A stretch of DNA of 64,000 bases from an uncultured virus (IMG/VR IMGVR_UViG_3300024317_000003) (Duplodnaviria > Heunggongvirae > Uroviricota > Caudoviricetes), in the IMG/VR virus record IMGVR_UViG_3300024317_000003; one strand, 5' to 3'. Positions 26,195 to 35,800 of this stretch are shown piece after piece. The translations under genes and the position numbers were made by a program. Positions within the stretch are counted from its first letter, which is position 1. The number at the start of each line of letters is the position of its first letter. The notes under the pieces are model-generated. The model saw only the letters and a program-made list of their open reading frames with translations. It was not told the DNA's origin and ran no database searches.

Positions 26195-29100
26195 GCGGTT
26201 ACGATATTGATGTCCCAACCGAGATTGATCAACCCGTCGTTGGGCGTTTCCTCGTCACAGACCCACAAGCTCCAATAGCCGTTTGGATTTTCGCCCGCGA
26301 ACACAGACAAGGCCGCGCCGTAGGGCGAGACCGGGCCCGGCGCTGGCACGTCGGCGAATATCCCGTGCGTTGTCGGCGAGTAGCTTCCCGTCGTAATCAA
26401 TCCAGACGCTGGCAAAGCCGGTTGGCCATCCTGAAAGGTAATGTCAATGTCGCTAACGGCGAACCCGCCATTGCCGCAGTTAGCCATAAGCACGCAGGTT
26501 GTTCCTGCCGGGCTCTTGAGAACGATACACACGTCCGAGGGCCAGCTATGGCTGAAATCGTTCAAATCAACAGTGATGCTCGCGACCACTCCAGTTAGAC
26601 CGCTCACCTGTTTGTACGACGGATAAGGACTGGCTGGCTCAGGCGGACCGCTGCCCGAATAATCGTGAATGAAAATTGGATCTTCATTGATGCTTCCGCC
26701 GCAAACGATCTGACCCTCGGCGATGTCCTGCGCCGCTCGCCTAGCTCGATCGTCCGCATCCGCCTGAGACACGATACTGGTAGCCGTTGCGGATGCCGTA
26801 AACTCATTTGGTGACCCGGTTACGCCCTCAGGACACTTGGCTGTGAAACTTTTTGTTGAGGTAAAGACGGGGGTGCAATTCAACTTCGACTGCGCGATCG
26901 CCAGGGCCGCAGCTTTGGCTTTATTGTCTGCGTCCGTCTGGCTAATCGAACTCGTGGCACTCGCGGTGCCGAATGCTTGCTGGGGAGCTGTGCCCGAAAG
27001 GTAAATCTGGAACAGGGTCTCAGATGGAGCGCCGGTCGTTGATGTTATCCTGTAATACAAATAGGAAATTGTGGTCGAGACGTTGAAGATCTTGGTCTCG
27101 CCAGAGGCAAACGTCTGTGCTGATTGACTGTCGATCGTAGTCCAAGTTGTCCCGTCGTTTGATCCCTGGAAGTCCCACGCTGCAGGCGGTCCGGTACCGG
27201 AACTTGGTTGCCGGGTTAGCCGGTAAGTCAATGCCACCTGCGCGGCGAAAAGCTTGTATTGAAAGAGAAATATGCCCGAACCGAAGTTGGTCGTTGTGCT
27301 CTCAACCGATGTGCACGTGGTTGGCGGTCCGTAATCCGTGCACCCGACCAATGCCGCAGAAGCGCCTCCGCACGTCGCCGACTGCGTTTGGGTGCTCTCG
27401 TATGTTACAGGGCCCGGCGCGTCTCCAGATTCGATGTCCGTTTGCGGATTTGGATCCACCAGTTGCGCGGGCGGTGGGCTATCGAGACAGCCTTCCCCAT
27501 AACAGTTGTAGCCATACGAATAGCCGTAAAGAGGCTGATAGTACGTGCCCATGCCGCACCTGGGCGGTACATAAACCGGGTTTTCATCGTCGAAATTGTC
27601 ATCCAGCAAGGTTACCGGGGCGCCTGCGATAATCAGCGTGGCGATCTCGGTGAAAGTTGCTGGCGCATAATTTGGAACGAGATAGGTGAAAGCGGATGGT
27701 TGGCTCACCGTGCCAACTGTAAATGTCCCGTTCAGGAAGGAACTGCTTGCGCCGCTTATCTCGAAGCTACTACCCACGCTCAGACCAGTCGCTATTTTGT
27801 TTGGGACCGTGCGGACCGCCACCGAAGCGAATTGCGCCAACGGTGGCGGATGCGTGTTCTTCAGCTCGACGGTTAACACCGTCGGTGTCAAATCTTCGAA
27901 CGTCACGCGCCCGAGTAGCACGCCCGAGATCGGCGCTTCAACAGGAACGTCTAATTGCTGAATCGCGATATAAACGTCAGGGGAGTCATTGGAAACAAAC
28001 GCGAACGAGTAATCTGTAAAGCCCTGTTTGAAGTCGGAGACGTTCACCTGCTGGTTCAACAGATAAACTTTGCTCGTGCCATTGAGCCAATAGATCTGAA
28101 TAGCCACCGTGTCGGCCGGACGAGCGACAACCTGATTGCCAGCCAATGACACCGTTAGCTGATAGCGGTGTCCGGAAGACAGCGGGAAAGGATTTGTGCT
28201 AACCAACCTGCCGTTAAACGGCGGGGTATCGTTCAAGCCCGAAATCAAGTCGACGTAGAGACCGTTGCCAGGGAGATAATCGAAGAAGCCGTTGCCCTGC
28301 AGGTCGACAGACCCGTCAGTGACAGTCCAGTTAATGAAACCGCTATAATTCAGAGCGCCTTTATGGGCGATAACATCTCCTGCTGGCGTGCAGTTACCGG
28401 CGCAGACATAGCCTTTCAGGCCGGACATGAAATCGAGAGCCGCTTGTGCTGTTGCGCCATAAGCGTTGATGAAGAAACCCGGTGTTGCGAAATTCTCCAA
28501 CACCGAGAACCCGGCTTCACCGGCCCGAACACCGAGACACATGACTACGCCGCCCTGCGCCTTGAAATCCGAGAGCAATGCGTACGGACTATTCGGCTCA
28601 CTTGCCGTCGCCAAGCCATCGGTGATCAGGAACAAAACTCTGAGATTCGCAGTGGTATCATTCAGCTCACCGATCGCCTGCTGCAGCGCGTTGAAAAATG
28701 CAGTGTCGCTCTGTGTCTGAACGATCGTTGAGACCAGACTAGCGACCGTGCCCGCGGCGCTTGTCGGTGTGGCGAGAGTCAGTACCGTGTCGGAATTAAA
28801 CGAATCGAGCCCAACCAAATCTTTTTGCGTGTTGATCTCTCCGATGAATCGGAGCGCGGCTGCTTTTGCGTAAGCGAGCTTTGTAGGGTAATCGACGCTG
28901 AAGTTTTGCGACATCGACAGGGACGTATCGACCAGCACCGTAAGCGCAACGTGGGTATTGTTGCAGCAATTATCACCAGCAAGAACGGTCAGGCTCGTGT
29001 GCGCCATCATGCCCTGATACGTCGCTGAGATTGTCGCCTCGCCCGGGGACAGGCCCGTTGCGCTGGCATTGCCCGTGCCAGCGCCAACAACTGCGATGCT

Positions 29101-29346
29101 CATGTCAGAACTGGAAAAGATCGCCTGATCCGTCACATCCGTTTCGACGTCGCCAATCACGGTAAACGCCCTGAATTGAATGGAGCCGAGCGTGCAGCAA
29201 AGAGCTATCCCCGGTTTAATGATCAGGATCGGTGCCAATGGGCAGATGTCCGGATTCTGCTGAGCAAACGCTGGATCACTGCAGCGGGGATCAGGTGGCG
29301 GAACCGTATTCTCGCACGGTCGCGTGGAGATCAGGCCGAAATCCAT
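26191..29346 (-). CDS. large virion protein: Ig (Big_2) + VWA + discoidin-like + DUF5977-like repeats + P-proprotein-like domain
   Basis: FSSSD.SIA.V..GEATISATY, VLVDTSLSM (MIDAS), WDFQGSNDGTTWTTID, S.ISQ.DAD..A and H.WPSD..IVL.SPAG..NG.W.L.V.D. Confidence 0.8.
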   Translation of the reverse strand: MDFGLISTRPCENTVPPPDPRCSDPAFAQQNPDICPLAPILIIKPGIALCCTLGSIQFRAFTVIGDVETDVTDQAIFSSSDMSIAVVGAGTGNASATGLSPGEATISATYQGMMAHTSLTVLAGDNCCNNTHVALTVLVDTSLSMSQNFSVDYPTKLAYAKAAALRFIGEINTQKDLVGLDSFNSDTVLTLATPTSAAGTVASLVSTIVQTQSDTAFFNALQQAIGELNDTTANLRVLFLITDGLATASEPNSPYALLSDFKAQGGVVMCLGVRAGEAGFSVLENFATPGFFINAYGATAQAALDFMSGLKGYVCAGNCTPAGDVIAHKGALNYSGFINWTVTDGSVDLQGNGFFDYLPGNGLYVDLISGLNDTPPFNGRLVSTNPFPLSSGHRYQLTVSLAGNQVVARPADTVAIQIYWLNGTSKVYLLNQQVNVSDFKQGFTDYSFAFVSNDSPDVYIAIQQLDVPVEAPISGVLLGRVTFEDLTPTVLTVELKNTHPPPLAQFASVAVRTVPNKIATGLSVGSSFEISGASSSFLNGTFTVGTVSQPSAFTYLVPNYAPATFTEIATLIIAGAPVTLLDDNFDDENPVYVPPRCGMGTYYQPLYGYSYGYNCYGEGCLDSPPPAQLVDPNPQTDIESGDAPGPVTYESTQTQSATCGGASAALVGCTDYGPPTTCTSVESTTTNFGSGIFLFQYKLFAAQVALTYRLTRQPSSGTGPPAAWDFQGSNDGTTWTTIDSQSAQTFASGETKIFNVSTTISYLYYRITSTTGAPSETLFQIYLSGTAPQQAFGTASATSSISQTDADNKAKAAALAIAQSKLNCTPVFTSTKSFTAKCPEGVTGSPNEFTASATATSIVSQADADDRARRAAQDIAEGQIVCGGSINEDPIFIHDYSGSGPPEPASPYPSYKQVSGLTGVVASITVDLNDFSHSWPSDVCIVLKSPAGTTCVLMANCGNGGFAVSDIDITFQDGQPALPASGLITTGSYSPTTHGIFADVPAPGPVSPYGAALSVFAGENPNGYWSLWVCDEETPNDGLINLGWDINIVTA

Positions 29347-29359
29347 GTTGCCCTCCTTT

Positions 29360-31033
29360 TCATACGCAGCCGGGATAATTAAGATCGTGCACGCCTACCT
29401 GACCCTGCCTGCAAAGCTGAGCGGCAACCCCTTGAGCGTAAGAAGTCGCTGCGTCAATCGCTTTCTGATTTGCGAGACTCTGCGTTGCTGCCGAAACAAT
29501 GTGAGCGCAGATGGCCACGTTCACAAACACCGTCGTCTGGCCAAATGGGCCCGGACATCCGGTAGCGGTCGCATGCCCGAATTGAGGCGTGTTCCAGAAT
29601 AGTGCAAGGCTTGGACACGTCATGGCCAGCTCTGTATTCGCCTGATTGGTAGCTTCAGTTAACGCCAGTTGATCGGCTTGTTCTTGCGTAGAACTGCTGA
29701 ACGTATGAGCTGCGACAGTCTTGGTGACCGTGGTGCCAGGGGCAGCCGGGCAAACGGCCGTAAAACTCTGTTCCTTGTTCCAGAACGTGCACACGAGCTG
29801 CGACTCGGCTCGTTGTTGCGCCAGGGTCAGCGCCTGAGAGTCTGCGTCCGCCTGAGAAATGTTCGACGAAATAGTGCCAGCATCGATCGTGACGGAGACC
29901 GGCGTGCCGTCTGGTTGCGGGGCGCCTACTTCAGTAGTGGCGCATTGCGCCACAAAGGTCTGAGGCGCGTTTGTCCACGTCTGTTGTCCTGGGGTGCAGT
30001 TAAGCTGCGCCGTAGCCTGTTGCTGCGCCGCGGTGACGGCTCTGGCATTGGCGTCCGCAACTGAAATCGAACTGGAAACTGATCCGGCCGGTACCGTGAC
30101 GGTTACCGGGTTACTGCCATCGGGACACTTGGCCGTTGCCTGCTGGGTTGTGTTGTAATAGAGTGTTGTCAGGCTGGGCACCGAAGAGCGAGCGTGAGAC
30201 GCTTCGCATTCGCGCACGCGGGTCTCTTCCCGGCACTGATGGATCAGGGCGATCCGGGCACGCTCAAACGCACCGGCTGCGCGAGCCGCCTCGCCCTCGT
30301 CTTTGTCATAGCGATCGGCGTGACCCCAGCGCACATATTCCTCGACCGCGGATTGCAGCAACGGATCGTCATCCACGCCATCCCCGTCCGCCCAACGCCG
30401 CTTGATCCCGTCCCACGTGATGATCACGCTCTCGGTTGATTGGATCCAGGGAGCAATGTAAATCTTGCCCCGTTCGATCGCCCAAATGCCCATGCGCGCT
30501 CTGAACCCTTGACCGTTGGTTGTCTTCCGATCGGTCGACGTCTGCGCATAATGGAATCCGAACGGCAGCGGCTTGAGCCCAGGCGCCAACCCTTCATCGG
30601 TAGGAATTGGGAATGCGTTCCCACAAAAGAACGGGTCAAGCCCAAAGAACCAACCCATGCCGCAACAGGTCCGGCCTCGGGCATCGAGGTAACGCCGGAC
30701 GTGGCACGAGTCGACTTGGTTGTACGGGATCTCCGAGCAATAGTTGTTCGGCAAATCCGGATTCTCTAAGTGCGTGACTGGATCCGTCTTATCGATGACG
30801 GACACCTTTTTGATGTTCCCCCTTGGCGCTTGTAAAACCGTTAACCCGCAATCGTAAAAGGTCGCGCATTGCGCAACGATGTCGGTGTTGTCCTGTTGCA
30901 GACAGTCGACCACAGATTGAAGATCAATCAACGCGTCGACCACCATCTTGTTATGAGCAGCAACGAGGTTGCTGGCCTGTCCGGTCGGGAAGACGTCGGC
31001 GAAAACGGCTGCCTTTAGTTCGGCAAAAGTCAT
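29360..31033 (-). CDS. head-tail adaptor-like protein with four DUF5977-like repeats
   Basis: MTFAELK N-terminus, downstream of the capsid gene. Repeats N..Q...A.C....V.V.V.A...SS..SQA.A...A...A. Confidence 0.65.
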   Translation of the reverse strand: MTFAELKAAVFADVFPTGQASNLVAAHNKMVVDALIDLQSVVDCLQQDNTDIVAQCATFYDCGLTVLQAPRGNIKKVSVIDKTDPVTHLENPDLPNNYCSEIPYNQVDSCHVRRYLDARGRTCCGMGWFFGLDPFFCGNAFPIPTDEGLAPGLKPLPFGFHYAQTSTDRKTTNGQGFRARMGIWAIERGKIYIAPWIQSTESVIITWDGIKRRWADGDGVDDDPLLQSAVEEYVRWGHADRYDKDEGEAARAAGAFERARIALIHQCREETRVRECEASHARSSVPSLTTLYYNTTQQATAKCPDGSNPVTVTVPAGSVSSSISVADANARAVTAAQQQATAQLNCTPGQQTWTNAPQTFVAQCATTEVGAPQPDGTPVSVTIDAGTISSNISQADADSQALTLAQQRAESQLVCTFWNKEQSFTAVCPAAPGTTVTKTVAAHTFSSSTQEQADQLALTEATNQANTELAMTCPSLALFWNTPQFGHATATGCPGPFGQTTVFVNVAICAHIVSAATQSLANQKAIDAATSYAQGVAAQLCRQGQVGVHDLNYPGCV

Positions 31034-31593
31034 TATCCGGTCGCTGGTGCATCAGCGCGCCGGGAAATGCGCCTCGTTGCGGGAGTGAACTTCGGTGCGG
31101 GCTCGGCTGCAGGGGTTGTTTCGGCCGCTGGAGCCTGTGCCGGTGGCTGTGCAGCGCCGGGCTCGACGATTGGCGGTGCGGGTTTGGCCAGTTCCTTTAC
31201 GAACGGGCTCGGTTCAAGTGGCACTATCGGGACAGTTGGAAGCGTTGATTGCGGTACCGGCTGGGCTTCAGCCGCCGCAGCACCGACCTGTCTTCCGAAG
31301 GGGTTTGTTGGCGGCCGCGTTGATACGACGCGCAGCCTCTCGCTTAGCGGCGACTGCCTCCCTGATGGATTGAACGGGTGGGCTGTTTTTTTTTCCGTGT
31401 ATTCCGCCTCGCTGATTTTGACGATGCCAAACCGACCAGCGGACTCGTTCAGGGTCTTGATCGTTTCAGCGTTTTGCTCGTTTTCTTCGAGCGCGATTAC
31501 TCCCCTGTTGCCATCCAACACCTCAAAGGGAACCGGTTTGCCCTTCACCAAAAATTTGTTCGAGACGATTTCTTTATAGAAGAAGGCGGACAT
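31033..31593 (-). CDS. hypothetical protein with Pro/Ala-rich tail
   Basis: Immediately after the capsid gene. TAATG-coupled to the adaptor gene. Confidence 0.7.
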   Translation of the reverse strand: MSAFFYKEIVSNKFLVKGKPVPFEVLDGNRGVIALEENEQNAETIKTLNESAGRFGIVKISEAEYTEKKTAHPFNPSGRQSPLSERLRVVSTRPPTNPFGRQVGAAAAEAQPVPQSTLPTVPIVPLEPSPFVKELAKPAPPIVEPGAAQPPAQAPAAETTPAAEPAPKFTPATRRISRRADAPATG

Positions 31594-31608
31594 AGCTTGT
31601 GTTTAGTT

Positions 31609-31692
31609 AAAAGGCCGATGCCAGTTGTAAGCTGCAGCATCGGCCTTCGTCGAGTGGAAAAAGGCGCTTGTTCCCGGCAATCACGCCTTTCC
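31609..31692 (-). terminator. tandem hairpins after the major capsid gene (intrinsic terminator/attenuator)
   Basis: GGAAAGGCG..CGCCTTTTTCC and AAGGCCGATGC..GCATCGGCCTT-TT. Confidence 0.75.
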
Positions 31693-31703
31693 CAAATCAA
31701 GAT

Positions 31704-33443
31704 TTAGTGCGGAGTCGTGGTGGTACTCGTTGTTCCGCCAGTGCCGCCACCGTAATTCGCGCCGTTATCAACGACGCCTTCAGGCAGGTTGCCGTTGAAG
31801 TTTTCAATGATCAGGTTGGCAGCCGGGCAATCCACAATCATCGTCCACATCAAACTCATTAAGGTTTGTTCCTGCGTAGGGACGCGCATCACGCAAGCAA
31901 AGTCGGTGTTGATCGACGCTAGTGTCTTCAGGTCGCCTGTCTTGTGAACCACGCGATTAGAAGCAAGGATCCCCGGGCGAATCCCGGTGAAGTCCAGCAG
32001 CCACAGAACCCGAGCCGAATCCTCAATGCCGACCGAGTTGGCGGCCGTGAGGTAGTCGTCGAAAAAGTTGTGGGTAATGATGTTGATCGTAACACCGGCA
32101 GGCCAGAACAGCGGAAAGCTTCGATACGAAAACCCGAAGTTGGCTTTCTTGGCAATCGAGTAGCCCTCGACCGGCATGTTCAGGCGAAGCGTGCCGTCCG
32201 ATTTGCTGTTGTAGTACTTGATCATTGCGGTGTTGATCAAATCGGCTTCAACAGAATCGGTGAAGATGTCGAACGATTTCGGGTTCGGATGATTCTGGCC
32301 CTCACGCACGCGCATCATGTTGTAGATCTCGCGGAACAGAGCCGGAAGGTTGAGCTGAGCGTCCTGCAGATCCGTTACCCGGTTGCACTCTGCCAGTTGC
32401 TCGTAAATCCCGACGGCATTGGCACGTCGGCCGACGCAGGTATTGCCATCGACGCCGAGCTGAGCGCCAGTCCAGTCGGTAGTGATGTCGAAAGTCTCGA
32501 TCAGCGGCAAGCTGTCGTAATTAGTCGCATCCTGACCGGCGAGACCTTTGCCCCAAAACATCTGATCGACCAAGCGGCGCTGCCAGTCGTTGGCGAGCTG
32601 CTTGTTTTTCTCGATGTCATCCAGATCGAAGAACTCGCGGTAGAGCGCGTTGTCCTGCAGGACCAGGGTGCGCCACTTGTCATACTGGCTCGATTTGCAA
32701 AGGCTAGTCCGAGTGGTTTCCACCCAAAACGGCACATTGCGCCAGTTGAGGTAAGCGGGCATTTCCGCGCAGAACTTCTCGTAATCGTTCACGTTCGGAG
32801 TGCCGCGTCGGAGCAAACCCTTAACCGGGCTGCCGAGCTTATCCGCAGACAAGAACGAACCGGCGTTTTGCGGAGATAGGACCAAAACGATGTAGTTGGC
32901 ACCACCGCTCAGTGTGGCGCTGACAACCACCCACTGAGTGCGCGTTGCGGATCCACCGTTGCTCACGCCGTCGATAAAGACGCGCAGGCCAACAGGGAAA
33001 GAGCGGACATCGGCCGGAATGTTGGTGGTACTGAAAACGTGCACCTGCCAATTCTGTCCACTAGCTTGACCGCTACCCACCTCCCAGTAGGCATTATTGA
33101 TCGGGCTATATTGACGGCCGAGAACAAAGGGGGCGATCTCGATCAAACCTCCCTGCATCCGGCGAGTTTGCATCTGGCGTCGGACCGAGACCTTGTTCGA
33201 CATCAGAAAATCGTACAGCCCGTTCTGCACGGCTTCGCACATCTTGATCTCGAAGTCGTGATGAAACAGAGCTTCCAGCACGCGAAAATCATTCGACGTC
33301 TGGTAAATCGTGGCTAGGTCGGCTGCAGTAGCGGGAATCGCGTTACAAGCGGTAACGCTGCCACACTGCTTGATGTTTGAGTTGATCGCAGGAGCGCATT
33401 TCGCGAACGCGTTCGGGTTGATTGTGCTATTGGGCGTCGACAT
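31704..33443 (-). CDS. major capsid protein (putative)
   Basis: Follows portal and scaffold and precedes terminator hairpins. Helix ending MFWGK, then GIYEQL and C-terminal beta strands, consistent with an HK97 fold. Confidence 0.75.
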   Translation of the reverse strand: MSTPNSTINPNAFAKCAPAINSNIKQCGSVTACNAIPATAADLATIYQTSNDFRVLEALFHHDFEIKMCEAVQNGLYDFLMSNKVSVRRQMQTRRMQGGLIEIAPFVLGRQYSPINNAYWEVGSGQASGQNWQVHVFSTTNIPADVRSFPVGLRVFIDGVSNGGSATRTQWVVVSATLSGGANYIVLVLSPQNAGSFLSADKLGSPVKGLLRRGTPNVNDYEKFCAEMPAYLNWRNVPFWVETTRTSLCKSSQYDKWRTLVLQDNALYREFFDLDDIEKNKQLANDWQRRLVDQMFWGKGLAGQDATNYDSLPLIETFDITTDWTGAQLGVDGNTCVGRRANAVGIYEQLAECNRVTDLQDAQLNLPALFREIYNMMRVREGQNHPNPKSFDIFTDSVEADLINTAMIKYYNSKSDGTLRLNMPVEGYSIAKKANFGFSYRSFPLFWPAGVTINIITHNFFDDYLTAANSVGIEDSARVLWLLDFTGIRPGILASNRVVHKTGDLKTLASINTDFACVMRVPTQEQTLMSLMWTMIVDCPAANLIIENFNGNLPEGVVDNGANYGGGTGGTTSTTTTPH

Positions 33444-33481
33444 ATCGTAATTAGTTCAGAGCCTTACTGGCCCCGTCCTAA

Positions 33482-34960
33482 TTACGATTGGCCCATCTGC
33501 TTTTTGTGGAAAGAGGAAAGGAAATCTGGCTCACCCCGCCCCCCAGCGGTTGCGGACGCATGCAATCTTGAATCTGCAGCGCCACCGGGCGACACCGGTT
33601 TCACACCACCAGTTGCAGGCGATTCGGCTTCCGGCTCGGCACCTGCGGGTGGGACGGTTTCAGACCCAGCGGGAGGCGTCCAACCCATCGCTAAAGCGTA
33701 CTCTCTTTGTTTTTTATGCTCTTCTGCGACCGCTTTTTCAGCCGATCGAGCGAGCGAAGTGGCTCGCAACGCAGCCAAATCCGCGGCCGTTAAAGTCCAG
33801 TAGTAGCTTTCGCGGTTACCCTTGGGCACCTTCCAGTACTGCGCTGCAGGTAGGAATTTCCGGCCCTCATCATCGCGCTGCTCTTCATCCGGGCGACGCA
33901 TAAAGTCACGCTCCATGCGGGCGGCAAACTCGCCCATCGCCAAATGAGCCGGATTGGTTTCGTCAAAATCAGCGAGGTTGTTCATCACCTTGTACAGCTC
34001 GGCAATTTCGACGTTGAGCGCGTTGGCGGCGTTAACCCGGATCGTGTAACCGATCGGATCTTTCTTCTTCTCGGCTTCGAGCAAGTCCGTGTCGACCTTA
34101 CCGTCCTCTTTGATCACGCCAGCCAACTCCTTCGTTGTGTTCTGCCAGAAGACAGAGCCGCCAGCCGTTTGATGCGCTCCAATCTCAGGGGCTTTTTCGC
34201 GAAGCCGTTCAGTCCGTTCCAGCCGGGACATACGCGCGTCAGATTTTTTGCGCTCTTCTTCGAGCTTGGCCGTAGCGCGAATGTCCGCCACCGCTTCGGT
34301 GTAATCGTCATCTTCCCAATCGACGTCATGCTTTTTGAAAAACTCCGTGTGCTCTTCGGACGTCTCGTCGAATGGCTGGCCCGGGTGCGCCGTTTCCCAA
34401 TCCTCGGCGTACTTCTGGAGCTGCAACATCGAGGTTTTGAACCGGTCAGCGATCCCGTTATATTTCTCGGGATACATCTTCTCCATGTGCGTGAGCGTGG
34501 CGAATCGGCGCTCTTCGGTCTCGGTCAGCTCTGACTTCGGTGGGGTAGCAATAGTCGGCCGCATTACCTGGGCAACACCCTTTGCGGCCGCTTCGGCAAT
34601 TTGCTCGGGAGTCAGTGCCGGTACGGGCGGTTCAGTCTTCGGCTCGATCTTCGGAGCCGTTGGCTTTCGTTTCGGCTTCGGAGAGGGTGCGCCAGGAGCA
34701 GCGGGTGCGGCTGGCGCTGCCGGGGCGCCGGGCTCGCCGGGCTTGGGTGGGGTTTCCGGCTTGGGCGGTTCCGAGTCCATCTGTTTACCGAGAAAATCAC
34801 GGGCGAAACTGGCCATCTGTTTCGCGTCGACCGTCGGCTTTGGCGGTGCCGCAGGCGCTGCAGCAGGTGCCCCGCCCTCAGGTGCGGCCGGTGGAGTTGT
34901 TGGAGGTGTGGCGGCCGCTGGGCCGTCAGGGGCGAGTAATGGAAGGAATCGTTTTAACAT
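33482..34960 (-). CDS. capsid scaffolding protein (putative)
   Basis: Pro/Ala-rich ends and an acidic helical core, directly upstream of the capsid gene. Confidence 0.65.
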   Translation of the reverse strand: MLKRFLPLLAPDGPAAATPPTTPPAAPEGGAPAAAPAAPPKPTVDAKQMASFARDFLGKQMDSEPPKPETPPKPGEPGAPAAPAAPAAPGAPSPKPKRKPTAPKIEPKTEPPVPALTPEQIAEAAAKGVAQVMRPTIATPPKSELTETEERRFATLTHMEKMYPEKYNGIADRFKTSMLQLQKYAEDWETAHPGQPFDETSEEHTEFFKKHDVDWEDDDYTEAVADIRATAKLEEERKKSDARMSRLERTERLREKAPEIGAHQTAGGSVFWQNTTKELAGVIKEDGKVDTDLLEAEKKKDPIGYTIRVNAANALNVEIAELYKVMNNLADFDETNPAHLAMGEFAARMERDFMRRPDEEQRDDEGRKFLPAAQYWKVPKGNRESYYWTLTAADLAALRATSLARSAEKAVAEEHKKQREYALAMGWTPPAGSETVPPAGAEPEAESPATGGVKPVSPGGAADSRLHASATAGGRGEPDFLSSFHKKQMGQS

Positions 34961-35232
34961 GGTCTCTTTTCAAGTTCGTTGGCAATTTTGAAACACAGAT
35001 CGGTAGCAACTCTTGAAGCGTGCTCACTATCGAATACCTCGCTACTTGGCCTTGGGTTCCAGCACATTGATGCTTCACCGACTGCCTCAAACACGGCGTG
35101 ATACATCTCTGAAGAAATGCGGTAGCAGAGCGGCCGCTTCTCCACGGGGAGTGCCATCGCTTCCTCTTTTGACATGACGTCTGCAGTCCAAAACGCTGAG
35201 CCGTCCGGCAGTTTTGTTACTTGTGTGCTCAT
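34954..35232 (-). CDS. hypothetical phage protein
   Basis: LPDGSAF...AVGEASMCWNPRP..VFDS..A. ATGA-coupled. Confidence 0.65.
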   Translation of the reverse strand: MSTQVTKLPDGSAFWTADVMSKEEAMALPVEKRPLCYRISSEMYHAVFEAVGEASMCWNPRPSSEVFDSEHASRVATDLCFKIANELEKRPC

Positions 35233-35519
35233 GTGAGTTTTGCAGTTTCGAACGTGTGGTTTACTGGGACGTCTCTGATTTCGTTCAGAACATCGAGGCA
35301 CGCCTGATACCGGCGCGCCTTGAGCATGCTGGCCTCGGACGCTTCGGCTTTCAGGTTGTGCGCCGTGCTGGCGATCGCGGCTGCTAACGCTTCGCACTCG
35401 TGCTGTTTAACCTTGGCTTCAACCACCCGCACAAGAACGTGGTAAGACTCGTGAGAGAGCCACGCGCGCAGGGCACGATCGGCTTCTTTGGGTAACAATT
35501 CTAGCTTACAGACGATCAT
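35229..35519 (-). CDS. small helical head-associated protein
   Basis: Between portal and scaffold. Confidence 0.6.
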   Translation of the reverse strand: MIVCKLELLPKEADRALRAWLSHESYHVLVRVVEAKVKQHECEALAAAIASTAHNLKAEASEASMLKARRYQACLDVLNEIRDVPVNHTFETAKLT

Positions 35520-35751
35520 GGCCAGAATAATTCTCTATCACCAACACATTTTGAGGCAATTCAAGCCAAGCCGTCCACTGCACCCCATCAAGCGTGCTAT
35601 CCTGTTCTCTCAGCCGCAGCCGCTTAATCTCGTAACAGGACCGAATCATTTCATCCAAGTCCAGGCGTTCAGGTTTGGGCAGGAATGGCGCGACCGCGGA
35701 AAACCCACAAGCCGCCAAAACTGTCGAGAAGAATGATCGCCGGGTAATCAT
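35506..35751 (-). CDS. small protein with twin-arginine (Tat-like) N-terminus
   Basis: MITRRSFFSTVLAACGFSAVA. Confidence 0.55.
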   Translation of the reverse strand: MITRRSFFSTVLAACGFSAVAPFLPKPERLDLDEMIRSCYEIKRLRLREQDSTLDGVQWTAWLELPQNVLVIENYSGHDRL

Positions 35752-35800
35752 CGACGATAGGGTAAGCCTGAGGCGAGAACGGTTGGCAAGCCAATTTTGC

